This document shows, one piece after another, positions 29,236 to 39,535 of a DNA stretch of 64,000 nt. The notes beneath the pieces were generated by a model. It saw only the letters and a list, made by a program, of their open reading frames with translations, ran no database searches and was not told where the DNA came from. Source of the stretch: Halarcobacter sp. (lineage in GTDB: Bacteria > Campylobacterota > Campylobacteria > Campylobacterales > Arcobacteraceae); the NCBI GenBank assembly GCA_963676565.1, contig OY781089.1, forward strand, positions 2,208,001-2,272,000, read 5' to 3'. The position numbers were made by a program, and so were the translations under genes. Each line of letters begins with the position of its first letter. Positions within the stretch are counted from its first letter, which is position 1.

Positions 29236-32200
29236 TTACTTAATTCCTCTAGCTCCAATATTTCCATATCTATGGTATGAGTGTGAAACTGATTGCTCAG
29301 CAAAGTAGTTAAGAAGTTCTAGTCTTCCTTCCATCATAGGTTTAGCTCTTACAATATAAGTAACTGTTTTTGCAGCTTCTTTAAATACTGAAGCAGGTAC
29401 TTTTTCAATATCTGAATAGATTACTCTATCATATGATGCTAAATCTCTAGCAAATGAATTATCATCTTGAACTATCATAGAATCTCTGGCTGTAAATAAC
29501 GCCTCCTTTGATTTTTCTAAAAAGGCTTTTACTTCATCATTGTTGTTAATCGAAACTTTAAAATGAACACCTGAAACTCTTGCTGCTAAAATTCTCGAAA
29601 CAGTTTCAAAAACAGTATCATCATTTGATACTCTAATTAAAACATTTTTTAGAGGAATATATCTAAAGTGGTTATCTTCACCTCTTACATTACAATAATC
29701 TTTTTCTTGTGAGAACTCGTTTTCATAATTTTCATAATAAGATTGTAAAGCAACAGATAATTTTTCAATATCATCTTTACTAGCACCTTTACAAGAATCT
29801 ATAAATCTAGTAAGTTCTGTATTATATTTTTTTGAAACATTTGGTTTTGAAGTTTCAGTAAAATCTACAAATTGAGTAATATAATTGAAAATACCAACTT
29901 TTCTACCTGCACCAATTGCCGATTTACCCATTCCACCAAATGGCTGTCTAAGTACGATTGCACCAGTTGTTCCTCTATTTACATAAAGGTTTCCAGCTTT
30001 AAGATTAGCTTTCCAGTATTCAACTTCTCTTTCATCTAGTGATTCAATACCTGAAGTTAATCCATAACCAGTAGAGTTTACAATTTCAACAGCGTGTTTT
30101 AAATCTCTTGCTTTCATAACAGCAAGTACTGGTCCAAATAATTCATTCATATGGATAAAGTTACCCTCTTCTACTCCCCATTTGATAGAAGGTTTTAACA
30201 TATATTCATTATCATCAGCATATTCAGGAGCTAAAGCCCATTCTTCATTACCTTCTAAAGATTCAAGTGCTTTTTTAAGATTTCCAGAAACAGGATTTGC
30301 TAAAGTACCAATTCTATTTTTAAAATCCCAAACAGAACCAACACTCATTGATTTAGCAGTATCAATTAAAGCTTTTCTAAAGGCTTTATCATTATAAACC
30401 TCTTCTTCTAATACTAGAAGTGATGTAGCAGAACATTTTTGACCTGAATTATTAAAAGCACTTAAACATACATTTTTAACAGCTTGCTCTCTATCTGCCA
30501 TGTTTGTTACAATAGTTGCATCTTTTCCACCAGTTTCAGCTGTTAATAATAAATCTGATCTAGTCTCAAGCATTTTATAAGCTGTATCTTCACCACCAGT
30601 TAAAATAACATAATCAACATCTTTATTTGCAATTAGATGTTCACCCGCTAATGATCCAGGGCAAGGAACAAATTGAAGTACATTTTTCGAAATACCAGCA
30701 TCCCAAAAACATTTACACATCTCATAAGCAGTAAGAGCTGCTGCACTTGCTGGTTTTATAATTACAGTATTACCAGCAGCTAAAGTTGAAGATACTCCAC
30801 CTAAAGGGATTGCTACAGGAAAGTTCCATGGTGGAACAACAACTCCAACACCTTTTCCTTTAAATTTAATATTAGTATAATTTTCCCAATATTGTGTAGA
30901 ATGAGCATAGAACTCAATAAAATCAACTGCTTCACTTACTTCAACATCAGTTTCAGTAAAAATTTTGCCAACTTCAGCAGCTGCAACACCTATAAGGTCA
31001 TCCCTTCTTTCTCTAACTTTTATAGCTGCTTGCTTTAATAAAGCATGTCTCTCTTTGTAAGTTTTACTTCTCCACCCATCAACATCAGCTTTTGCAACCT
31101 CTACTGCTTTTTGTAAATCTTCAGCAGTTGCATTAGCAAATTTTCCTGCTAATACACCCTCTTTTAATTGTGATTTATCTATAGCTTCAATAACTTTTCT
31201 ATCACCAATTAAATCTTCACCAGCAACAACTACAGGTACAGTTTGATGTTCAGTATCTTTTGAGAATTTCCATTTTTTAACAATATTTTTTGCCCACTCT
31301 TGGTTAGCAGGAAGAACAAAGTCAGTATCTGCTTCCGCATGGTATTCACCTAAATCATAAGATGAACCATTAAAATCATCCCATTTCTCAGTTAGTCTAT
31401 TTTGAGTTCTTTTTGCACCAACAAATGATGTTTTCTCATTCTCAAAAGATTTTAAGAAAAGATCTTTTTGCATCTGCCAATCTTTACTTCCAACTTTAAG
31501 TCCAAAAGAGTATCTAATAAAGTTATCATCTCCTGTATTTTCATCCAATCTTCTAACAAGATATGCAATAGCATTTGTAAACTGTTCTTTTGAAGCTGTT
31601 GGAGCATAAAGGATTGGATTTTTAGTAATCTCTTTAATTGCAAGCCTTGCAGATTCACTCATACCTTCTAACATTTCCATTGTATGATACTCACTTGTAC
31701 CATTCTCTTTTGCTAATTCTGTTGCAAATGCTTGTTCAAATAGATTATGAGAACCTGTTCCAACATGCATATAAGGAGCATTTTCTTTTTGAAGAGCGAA
31801 TCTAACCATTCTTTTATAATTTGAATCTGTATCGCTTTTTTCAGTATATGTTACCATTTCCCAGTGTTTTTGAGAAGCTTCTGTTTCTTCCATCTCCATA
31901 TTAGCACCTTTTACAAGTCTAAACTTAATAGGTGCTCCACCAGCTTCAACTCTTTTCTTTGCCCATTGGCATAAATCTTTTTGAACATTAAATGAATCTG
32001 GTAAATAAGCTTGAAGTACAATACCAGCATAAAAGTTTTTAAATTCAGGTTTCTCTAAAGTTTTTTTGAATACTTCAACAGTAATATCTAAATCTCTATA
32101 CTCTTCCATATCAAGGTTAATAAATTTATTTGATTTTGTACCATCTGGCGCAATATATGGATATTTTAATGCTTGCTTATAGATTCTTGTTAATTTATCA

Positions 32201-32802
32201 ACAAGAACTGACACTGTATTATCAAAATTTAGTGCATTAATTTGAGAATATATTGTTGATATTTTAATAGAAATATAGTCAATATTTGGATTTTCTAAAG
32301 CTTTAAGATATTTTTCAATTCTCTCTTGGGCTTCCTCTTCACCAAGTACAACTTCACCAATAAGGTTTATGTTTACTCTTGTCCCCTCTTCTTTTCTCAT
32401 AACAAGGTGTTTATTAAATGGTTCCTCTTCCCCTTTAATAACAACTGTTCTTGTATCTTCTCTAATTTGATCAACAAACATCGGAACAGATAATGATGGC
32501 AAATATTTACCAATATTTTGGAAAAGCCATAATAACATTCTATCTTTTGTAGTAAAGAAATTAGCCATGCCATGCTTTTCTAATAAAAAACAAATTTGAT
32601 CTGCTACTCTAGCAGGATTTTCAACTCTAAAAGATTGATCCATTAGCTCAATAAGAAGTGCTTTATCTTTTGGTTGTTCAAGCATTTTATTCATTTTAAC
32701 ATAAAATTCTCTATCAAAATCACTTACAAGCTCAGTAGCTCTATTTTGCCACTTTTCAGCTAATTTTATAGCATTTTGAATAATGTTTTTTTCGTTAGTC
32801 AT
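29236..32802 (-). CDS. putA: Bifunctional proline dehydrogenase / L-glutamate gamma-semialdehyde dehydrogenase PutA (no N-terminal RHH)
   Basis: PRODH motifs LDMEEY, RLVKGAN, YLVRRLDEN; ALDH motifs PWNFP, ETGGK, SGQKCSA, ELFGP. Confidence 0.96.
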   Translation of the reverse strand: MTNEKNIIQNAIKLAEKWQNRATELVSDFDREFYVKMNKMLEQPKDKALLIELMDQSFRVENPARVADQICFLLEKHGMANFFTTKDRMLLWLFQNIGKYLPSLSVPMFVDQIREDTRTVVIKGEEEPFNKHLVMRKEEGTRVNINLIGEVVLGEEEAQERIEKYLKALENPNIDYISIKISTIYSQINALNFDNTVSVLVDKLTRIYKQALKYPYIAPDGTKSNKFINLDMEEYRDLDITVEVFKKTLEKPEFKNFYAGIVLQAYLPDSFNVQKDLCQWAKKRVEAGGAPIKFRLVKGANMEMEETEASQKHWEMVTYTEKSDTDSNYKRMVRFALQKENAPYMHVGTGSHNLFEQAFATELAKENGTSEYHTMEMLEGMSESARLAIKEITKNPILYAPTASKEQFTNAIAYLVRRLDENTGDDNFIRYSFGLKVGSKDWQMQKDLFLKSFENEKTSFVGAKRTQNRLTEKWDDFNGSSYDLGEYHAEADTDFVLPANQEWAKNIVKKWKFSKDTEHQTVPVVVAGEDLIGDRKVIEAIDKSQLKEGVLAGKFANATAEDLQKAVEVAKADVDGWRSKTYKERHALLKQAAIKVRERRDDLIGVAAAEVGKIFTETDVEVSEAVDFIEFYAHSTQYWENYTNIKFKGKGVGVVVPPWNFPVAIPLGGVSSTLAAGNTVIIKPASAAALTAYEMCKCFWDAGISKNVLQFVPCPGSLAGEHLIANKDVDYVILTGGEDTAYKMLETRSDLLLTAETGGKDATIVTNMADREQAVKNVCLSAFNNSGQKCSATSLLVLEEEVYNDKAFRKALIDTAKSMSVGSVWDFKNRIGTLANPVSGNLKKALESLEGNEEWALAPEYADDNEYMLKPSIKWGVEEGNFIHMNELFGPVLAVMKARDLKHAVEIVNSTGYGLTSGIESLDEREVEYWKANLKAGNLYVNRGTTGAIVLRQPFGGMGKSAIGAGRKVGIFNYITQFVDFTETSKPNVSKKYNTELTRFIDSCKGASKDDIEKLSVALQSYYENYENEFSQEKDYCNVRGEDNHFRYIPLKNVLIRVSNDDTVFETVSRILAARVSGVHFKVSINNNDEVKAFLEKSKEALFTARDSMIVQDDNSFARDLASYDRVIYSDIEKVPASVFKEAAKTVTYIVRAKPMMEGRLELLNYFAEQSVSHSYHRYGNIGARGIK

Positions 32803-32832
32803 ATTGTCCCCGTTTTCTATAATTTATTTTTT

Positions 32833-32851
32833 GTACTACAAAAGGTAATAC
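32833..32851. promoter_or_regulatory. Putative operator GTACTAC-N5-GTAATAC upstream of putA
   Basis: Near-perfect palindrome; near-identical copy upstream of the liv operon. Confidence 0.6.
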
Positions 32852-32953
32852 CTTTAATAAATTATTGCCAAATGAAACTTAATTAAAACTTAAAATACAA
32901 ATACTTTTTCCATTAAATATGTTTATTATTTAAACAGATTACTTTTTTACATG

Positions 32954-32984
32954 GTAGTACTTAAAGTAGTTTTAAAAGTAGTTA
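32954..32984 (+). promoter_or_regulatory. Three tandem GTAGT half-sites (12-bp period) upstream of the RHH gene -10 box
   Basis: GTAGTAC-ttaaa-GTAGTTT-taaaa-GTAGTTA followed by TAGAAT at 32988-32993. Confidence 0.55.
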
Positions 32985-33022
32985 ATATAGAATTCTATTA
33001 TCTTATTAATAAAAGGAAATGC

Positions 33023-33247
33023 GTGGCTAAACAAAAATATGATAGAAGTATCATTAATAACGCAATTAATAAAAGCTTAAGAGAGAAAAAAGAAGTTTCG
33101 CAATTAACAATTAAAATTGATTCAAGGCTAGACAATGCTTTAGTTATATTATCTGAAAAAATCAATGTATCAAAAAATAAACTAATTGAAAATATTTTAT
33201 TTGAAAGTGGAATTATTGAAGAAGTAGAAGAGAATTATTATGAATAA
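33023..33247 (+). CDS. Ribbon-helix-helix DNA-binding protein (74 aa from GTG at 33023; track start 32951)
   Basis: AAAGGA RBS before GTG; SQLTIKIDSRLDNALVILSEKINVSKNKLIENIL fits the RHH strand-helix-helix pattern. Confidence 0.7.
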   Translation: MAKQKYDRSIINNAINKSLREKKEVSQLTIKIDSRLDNALVILSEKINVSKNKLIENILFESGIIEEVEENYYE

Positions 33248-33908
33248 CTTTCCTAAACAAGAGCTAGTAATTGATGCTATTTTAAATGGTGTTGTTGCAG
33301 CAAAAAACAATTTTTTATTTTGGACTAATAATAGATTATCTTTATCTTTTGGTCCACATAAAATTGTTACTATACATATAGCACAAGAGATAGCAAAAAT
33401 TGAAGAAGATACCCCAGAAATTTTTATAAATGCAACTGTTTCAGATATTTTGAGGTGTTCTTTACCAAAAAGGGATCAGTTTTTAGAGTTTATGAATCAA
33501 AGAGATTTAAAAGAGGGAACTTTTAGTATAACTTTGGATGAAAGATTAGAACATGCAAATGATAATGATTCAATTTCAAGAGTAATTATTTCTGTTGTTA
33601 ATAATGTAATAAATTCAAAAGCTGAATATTTAGATGAGATTGAAAGAATCTGTAAAATGATAAATAGAGACGATGAGTACAAAAATTCTACTTTGGATTA
33701 TGGTGTTTTTACATTTTATTCAGATATTAGTAGTGAAGCTAGAAAAAAACTTGATAAAAGAATACCTGAAATAATTAACAATTTTGACAAAATTGTAGCA
33801 AAATATGATAACCTAAAATCATCTTTTAAAGGTGGAGAAATCAATAAAACTCAATCAAAAGGTGAATGGTCAATAGGTTGCTATATCATTGAACCCTTCT
33901 ATAAATAA
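33240..33908 (+). CDS. Hypothetical protein, possibly an inactive PD-(D/E)xK nuclease fold
   Basis: 222 aa, overlaps the RHH gene stop; GTFSITL...RVIISVVN...DEIERI spacing resembles GRxDI...IEVK...DixRI. Confidence 0.6.
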   Translation: MNNFPKQELVIDAILNGVVAAKNNFLFWTNNRLSLSFGPHKIVTIHIAQEIAKIEEDTPEIFINATVSDILRCSLPKRDQFLEFMNQRDLKEGTFSITLDERLEHANDNDSISRVIISVVNNVINSKAEYLDEIERICKMINRDDEYKNSTLDYGVFTFYSDISSEARKKLDKRIPEIINNFDKIVAKYDNLKSSFKGGEINKTQSKGEWSIGCYIIEPFYK

Positions 33909-33932
33909 AACTAAGTGAAGTTTCACTTAGTT
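33909..33932 (+). terminator. Hairpin closing the RHH operon
   Basis: AACTAAGTGAA/TTCACTTAGTT inverted repeat directly after the stop; weak U-tract. Confidence 0.6.
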
Positions 33933-34038
33933 ACTTAATACTATATTTACAAAAAATTTCAAAATTCTTACTATTTATTATTGAATAAAGGCTCATTATA
34001 TGTTATTATTTTCCATAATTATTTTCAAGGAATACTAA

Positions 34039-34887
34039 ATGGAATACAAAAAAATATTTTTCCCTATTGGTGGGGGAGAAGAATTAAAAGAGCGAATTCA
34101 TGGAGCTTTACTAATTGGTAAATATTTTAATTGTCATCTTGAAATATTAAAATCTCAAGCCAAACCAAGTCAAATTATTAAAATGGATGGTGGAATCCCT
34201 TCAAATGTACTTAGTGAACTAAATGCAATTGCATCAAGAAGATTAACAGAAGATTTAATAGAGACACAAAATATATTTAAAATTGAAGCAAATAAAATTG
34301 GAAATAAAGTTTCAAAAAAAGCTATTGAGAATGTAGCAACTGCCGAAGTTATTCTTGGAGAAGGATATAGAAGTAAAATTATTGAACAAGAGTCAAAATA
34401 TTGTGATTTAGTACTTGCAGCTTCTCCTGATAATGGTAGAATCACTGCCACTTTTGAAGCAATAGTTACAAAAAGTGGAAAGCCTGTTCTTATGTTTCCA
34501 CGAGTAATGAAAACATTTAAAACTGATAAAATTTTAATTGGTTGGAATAATTCTCCTGAAGCTTCAAAAGCTTTATCTCATTCTATTAATATACTAAAAA
34601 AAGCAAAAGAGATTAAACTAATTTATTCTAGAGAGTATATTTCAACTAAGGAAGATATTATCAAAATTCAATCGTACCTAAGAGCTCATGGTGTTGAAAT
34701 AACTTTTGAAGAAGTTAAAACTACAAAAGTTCCAGGACAAGCTTTATTGAATTATGCAATTGAAGGAAATTATGATTTGATAGTTGCTGGTGCATTTGGA
34801 CATAGAGGATTAAAAGAATTAATGTTAGGTGGTACAACTAAATATATCCTAGAACATACGGACATACCAGTTTTTATGGCTCACTAA
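34039..34887 (+). CDS. Universal stress protein (tandem USP domains)
   Basis: ILIGWNNSPEA, DLIVAGAFGH..LKELMLGGTT, IPVFMAH. Confidence 0.92.
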   Translation: MEYKKIFFPIGGGEELKERIHGALLIGKYFNCHLEILKSQAKPSQIIKMDGGIPSNVLSELNAIASRRLTEDLIETQNIFKIEANKIGNKVSKKAIENVATAEVILGEGYRSKIIEQESKYCDLVLAASPDNGRITATFEAIVTKSGKPVLMFPRVMKTFKTDKILIGWNNSPEASKALSHSINILKKAKEIKLIYSREYISTKEDIIKIQSYLRAHGVEITFEEVKTTKVPGQALLNYAIEGNYDLIVAGAFGHRGLKELMLGGTTKYILEHTDIPVFMAH

Positions 34888-34901
34888 AAATTATCTATCA
34901 T

Positions 34902-34937
34902 AAAAAAAGGAAAAGCTTTTATAGCTTTCCCTTTTTT
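34902..34937. terminator. Bidirectional terminator between usp and livF
   Basis: A7-GGAAAAGC...GCTTTCCC-T6 between convergent genes. Confidence 0.8.
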
Positions 34938-34959
34938 ACTACCTAAGTAAAACATTTTT

Positions 34960-35682
34960 TTAATGTTTTTTACCTAAATATGCTTCTTGAATTTTTTCTG
35001 ATGCAAGTAATTCTTCAGCTGTACCTTGATGAGTTATTTTACCAACTTCAAGCACATAAGCTCTATCAGCAAGTTTTAGAGCTGCTTTTGCATTTTGTTC
35101 CACTAATAAAACAGTTACACCACTTTGGGCAATCTCTTTTACAGCTTTGAAAATTGCTTTTATTAAAATTGGTGCTAAACCTAAACTTGGTTCATCTAGA
35201 ATCAAAAGCTTTGGTTTAGACATAATTGCTCTACCAATTGCAAGCATTTGTTGCTCCCCACCAGAAAGTGTTCCTGCAAGTTGCTTTCTTCTTTCTTTTA
35301 ATCTTGGTAAAATATCGTAAATCCATTCTAATGTTTCTTTATCATGGTTTTTTAGTGTATATGCACCCATCATTAAATTTTCTTCAACTGTAAGTGTTCC
35401 AAAAACTCTTCTTCCCTCAGGAGAATGAGACATACCTAAAGATACAATATCGTGTGCTTCAGTCTTTGTAATATCATTCTTATCAAAAATAATATTACCT
35501 GATTTTGATTTTAAAAGTCCAGAAATTGTCCTAAGAGTTGTAGTCTTCCCTGCACCATTTGCCCCAAGAATTGTAACAACTTCACCCCTTTTTACAACTA
35601 AGTCAATACCTTTAATTGCTGAAATGGCACCATAACTTACATGTAAATCTTTTACTTCTAATAAAATTTCGTGATCAACCAT
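34960..35682 (-). CDS. livF: Branched-chain amino acid (HAAT) ABC transporter ATP-binding protein
   Basis: GANGAGKTT, LSGGEQQML, LDEPSLGLAP, VEQNA. Confidence 0.95.
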   Translation of the reverse strand: MVDHEILLEVKDLHVSYGAISAIKGIDLVVKRGEVVTILGANGAGKTTTLRTISGLLKSKSGNIIFDKNDITKTEAHDIVSLGMSHSPEGRRVFGTLTVEENLMMGAYTLKNHDKETLEWIYDILPRLKERRKQLAGTLSGGEQQMLAIGRAIMSKPKLLILDEPSLGLAPILIKAIFKAVKEIAQSGVTVLLVEQNAKAALKLADRAYVLEVGKITHQGTAEELLASEKIQEAYLGKKH

Positions 35683-36461
35683 TACTCATCCTCATCTTCA
35701 TCATCTGAACCAATATATGCTTCGATTACTCTTGGATCATTTTGAACAAAACTTGGTTCTCCTTGAGATATCTCTTTACCAAAGTTAATAACAGTAATAT
35801 AATCAGTTAGATTCATTACCATTTCCATATCGTGTTCAATCATCATAATACCAATACCCATTTCAGATATTTTTCTAATAATATTTGTAAGCTCAATGGT
35901 TTCATTTTCATTAAGTCCTGCAGCAGGTTCATCTAAAATTAGAAGTTCTGGACTAGCAGCAAGAGCTCTAGCCATCTCTACTTTTCTTTGATTACCATAA
36001 GATAAATCACCAGTTGGAACAGTAGCAAGTCTAGATAAGTCAAAAAACTTCATTAGCTCTTCAACTTTTTTCCATGATTCTAATTCATCTTTTTTATAAA
36101 ATGGTGTATGAATTATTGAGTGATACCATTTTTGTTTTGATTTAGTATGATATCCTGCCATAATATTTTCAGCTACACTCATCTCTTTAAATAATCTAAT
36201 ATTTTGAAATGTTCTTAAAACTCCCCTTTGGGCAATTTTGTGAGGCTCCATACCAGTAATATTTTCACCTTTGTATTTAATAGTTCCCTCTTCAGGGGTA
36301 TAAATACCTGTAACACAGTTAAAAAGTGTAGTTTTACCAGCACCATTTGGACCAATTATTCCATAAATTTGTCCGGGTTTAACTTTTATTGTTAAATCAT
36401 CAATTGCAACAAGCCCATAGAAGAACTTAGATACGTTTTCTATTTCTAATACGTAATCCAT
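35682..36461 (-). CDS. livG: Branched-chain amino acid ABC transporter ATP-binding protein
   Basis: GPNGAGKTT, RTFQNIRLF, LSYG, LDEPAAG, IEHDM. Confidence 0.95.
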   Translation of the reverse strand: MDYVLEIENVSKFFYGLVAIDDLTIKVKPGQIYGIIGPNGAGKTTLFNCVTGIYTPEEGTIKYKGENITGMEPHKIAQRGVLRTFQNIRLFKEMSVAENIMAGYHTKSKQKWYHSIIHTPFYKKDELESWKKVEELMKFFDLSRLATVPTGDLSYGNQRKVEMARALAASPELLILDEPAAGLNENETIELTNIIRKISEMGIGIMMIEHDMEMVMNLTDYITVINFGKEISQGEPSFVQNDPRVIEAYIGSDDEDEDE

Positions 36462-37420
36462 TATTTATCTCCTCCATCAGCTTTTAGTCTTAAAAACTTT
36501 GGAATATTTCCAAATTTTGCTGGCCAAACACCATTTGGTCTAAGTACCATTACAAGTACCATTGCTGCACCAAAGATTAAGTATCTAGATTCTTTAAATT
36601 CTGTAAATAGTTCAGGTAATACGAACATTACAAAAGTACCAATAAGAACTCCAGGAAGTGATGCAGAACCACCAACAAGAACAATTGCAAAGAACATAAC
36701 TGATTGCATAAAGTTAAATGATTCAGGAGATACAGCTGAATACTGAATTGCAAAAATAGAACCAGCAACACCAGCTATAGCTGCACCTAAAGCAAAAGCA
36801 AATAACTTATAATAAGGAATATTAATACCCATTGATTTTGCTGCAATTTCATCTTTGTTTATATAATAAAGAGCTCTTCCATATCTAGAAGTATCAAGAT
36901 TTCTAATAATTAAAAGCGTAATTAAAAGTAAAGCAAATGCCATATAATAAATATGAGTATCTTCAAATAATTCATAACCAAAAATTCTAACTACATCTAT
37001 TCCAAAGATACCATTTGGACCACCAGTTAAACCAAAAATATCATTTTTTAGAACTTGTTCAAAGATAATATTAAATCCGATAGTTGCAACTAATAGATAA
37101 TCCCCTCTTAAGTGGATTATTGGACCAGCTAATAATACTGCAATTATAGCAGGGAATATTATTGCAAAAGGGATTGTTTCAATAATTTCTAAACCATAAT
37201 GTACATTTAAAATAGCTGTTGTGTAAGCTCCAATACCAAAGAAAATAGCATGACCCATATTAAATACACCAGCACGACCTAATATAATATCTTGAGAGAA
37301 TGCAACTGTTGCAAATACTAAAAATGTAATTCCAATTGATAACCAAGCAGAATCAACTAAAAGTGGAAAAAAAGCCATTACTACTAAGAATACAATGGCA
37401 GTTAATGTTGTTTTATTCAT
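36461..37420 (-). CDS. livM: Branched-chain amino acid ABC transporter permease
   Basis: GHAIFFGIGAY, LRGDYL, TGGPNG. Confidence 0.93.
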   Translation of the reverse strand: MNKTTLTAIVFLVVMAFFPLLVDSAWLSIGITFLVFATVAFSQDIILGRAGVFNMGHAIFFGIGAYTTAILNVHYGLEIIETIPFAIIFPAIIAVLLAGPIIHLRGDYLLVATIGFNIIFEQVLKNDIFGLTGGPNGIFGIDVVRIFGYELFEDTHIYYMAFALLLITLLIIRNLDTSRYGRALYYINKDEIAAKSMGINIPYYKLFAFALGAAIAGVAGSIFAIQYSAVSPESFNFMQSVMFFAIVLVGGSASLPGVLIGTFVMFVLPELFTEFKESRYLIFGAAMVLVMVLRPNGVWPAKFGNIPKFLRLKADGGDK

Positions 37421-38322
37421 TATACTTTCTCCGCTGTTTTTTCACCAAGAATACCTGTAGGTCTTACAATTAAAATTACAATAAGTAAGATAAATGTAAA
37501 GGTTTCAGCCCATTCTGTTGAGATATACCCTGCAATAAGTGCGTTAAATAATCCTAACATTAAACCACCAAGCATAGCACCTGGGATATTACCAATTCCA
37601 CCAATTATAGCTGCAATAAAGGCATTTAAACCATAAAGCCAACCCATGTCAAAAGTTAAAGCTCTATAATATAAACCAATAAATAAACCACCAATAGCTC
37701 CAAGCATAGAACCAATAACAAAAATAAGCATAATTACTCTATTTACATTAATACCCATAAGTTTTGCTGCATCTTGATCAATTGCAGTTGCTCTAATAGC
37801 TGTACCCATTTTTGTTTTATTAATAAATAGGAACAATGCTGCCATTAAAAATGCTGATAATATCAAAATTACAAGTTGCGTAAATGATATAATTACTCCA
37901 CCAAAGTTCCAAGAAGTACTTGGTAGTAAATCAGCAGGGAAAATTTGCATATTTGGTCCCCAAATAAGCATAATTCCATTTTGAATTACAAGAGCAGCAC
38001 CAAGTGCAGAAACAACTGCACTAAGTCTTGGTGCAGTTCTTAAAGGTCTATAAGCTAGACGCTCAAGAAGAACACCTATAAAAGCAACAATAATTGCAGT
38101 TAGTAAAAATATTATAATAATATTTATAAAGTTTGTTGCACTAGCACCAAAAAGTTGAGAAAAAATTGTAAGTCCAACATAAGCTGAAAAGGCAACAAGG
38201 TCACCGTGTGCGAAGTTGATTAACTTCATCACACCGTAAACCATTGTATAACCTAAAGCAACCAATGCATAAAGACTTCCAATAGTCAAACCATTAATTA
38301 ACTGTTGAAAAAAAGTATCCAT
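37420..38322 (-). CDS. livH: Branched-chain amino acid ABC transporter permease
   Basis: ALGYTMVYG..KLINFAHG, GGIGNIPGA. Confidence 0.95.
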   Translation of the reverse strand: MDTFFQQLINGLTIGSLYALVALGYTMVYGVMKLINFAHGDLVAFSAYVGLTIFSQLFGASATNFINIIIIFLLTAIIVAFIGVLLERLAYRPLRTAPRLSAVVSALGAALVIQNGIMLIWGPNMQIFPADLLPSTSWNFGGVIISFTQLVILILSAFLMAALFLFINKTKMGTAIRATAIDQDAAKLMGINVNRVIMLIFVIGSMLGAIGGLFIGLYYRALTFDMGWLYGLNAFIAAIIGGIGNIPGAMLGGLMLGLFNALIAGYISTEWAETFTFILLIVILIVRPTGILGEKTAEKV

Positions 38323-38337
38323 TATGCCTCTTTTAGA

Positions 38338-39462
38338 TTATTGACCAACTACTTCTTTAGTACCGTCATTTTTTAATTTGTATACAACAAACTTAGCCCC
38401 AATTCTTTCACCATCTTCTCTAATATTAAATGGTCCAGTAATTCCAGGGAAGTCTTTCATATCATTTCTAATATAATCAGAGATTTTCTTAGTATCAAAA
38501 GAGTTTGTTTTTTCAACACCTTCAATAACTGCTCTTAAACCATCTGCATTTGTAACAGGCCAAATTGATGGAGGATCCATTTTAAATCTAGCTTTATAGT
38601 CACCTAAATATTTTTTTGCTTCTTTGTAAGGAAGTATTTCAGGTGTTGGGAAATTAATTAAAACTGTACCAGCAGATGCTTTACCAGCCAATTTAAAGAA
38701 ATCAGGGTTGTCATTTGAATCACCACCAACAAAATCTGCTTCAATTCCTAATTGGATTTGTTGAGCTCTTAAAAGTCCACCATCTGTATAATAACCTGAA
38801 TAATAAATTACATCAGGATTCATTGCTTTAATTTTTGTTAATACTGCTGTAAAGTTTTGAGTTCCTGATTTAATCTTCCCTCTAAAAATTACATTACCAC
38901 CAGCTTTTTTAATTGAAGCTTCTGTTGCATCACCAAGTCCTGCTGAATATGAAGAATAATCAGAAAGAACAACAATATTTTTATATTTTTTAATATTTAC
39001 AAAGTAATCTGCTGTAAAATCACTTTGAGCTGAGTTTGGAAATGAGTTTCTAAAGAAAGTCCAATATTTTTTCTCAATTAAAGAATCAGAAGTACCATCA
39101 GAAGTTTGTAGTACTTTTTTTCTATAGTATGTTGTTTGAGCTGCTTCTGTAGCCCCTGAAGTATATGAACCAATTACCGCAAATACTCCTGCGTTTGTTA
39201 ATTTTTTAGCACATACAGCTGCTTTTTGAGCTTTTGCTTCATCATCACAAGTTACAACTTCGATTTGTTTACCAAGTAAACCACCTTGTGCATTTTTTTC
39301 ATCAACAATAAGCCTAACAAAGTTATCTATACTTTGACCTTCATTTGCATATTTACCCGTGATAGGTGCTTGAACACCAATCTTAACTGTATCTGCTGCG
39401 AACAATGAAGTTGCAACTGCCCCACTTAGTGCTAAGGCACTAACAATTTTAGTTAATTTCAT
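38338..39462 (-). CDS. HAAT-family ABC substrate-binding protein (LivK/LivJ/BraC-like; ligand uncertain)
   Basis: Signal peptide, KIGVQAPITG, GGLLGK, IGSYTSG, FPGITG; first gene of the liv operon. Confidence 0.92.
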   Translation of the reverse strand: MKLTKIVSALALSGAVATSLFAADTVKIGVQAPITGKYANEGQSIDNFVRLIVDEKNAQGGLLGKQIEVVTCDDEAKAQKAAVCAKKLTNAGVFAVIGSYTSGATEAAQTTYYRKKVLQTSDGTSDSLIEKKYWTFFRNSFPNSAQSDFTADYFVNIKKYKNIVVLSDYSSYSAGLGDATEASIKKAGGNVIFRGKIKSGTQNFTAVLTKIKAMNPDVIYYSGYYTDGGLLRAQQIQLGIEADFVGGDSNDNPDFFKLAGKASAGTVLINFPTPEILPYKEAKKYLGDYKARFKMDPPSIWPVTNADGLRAVIEGVEKTNSFDTKKISDYIRNDMKDFPGITGPFNIREDGERIGAKFVVYKLKNDGTKEVVGQ

Positions 39463-39516
39463 TAATACTCCTTTTTAAATAAATTAATTATAGCTTAAAA
39501 TTATAATTAATTTTTA

Positions 39517-39535
39517 GTACTACAAAAAGTAGTAA
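39517..39535. promoter_or_regulatory. Putative operator GTACTAC-N5-GTAGTAA upstream of the liv operon
   Basis: 16 of 19 positions identical to the putA-upstream palindrome. Confidence 0.6.

Noticed and set aside
32951..33022. Track's N-terminal extension of the RHH ORF (MVVLKVVLKVV...)
   Set aside because: It is the translation of the GTAGT repeats and promoter; the RBS favours GTG at 33023
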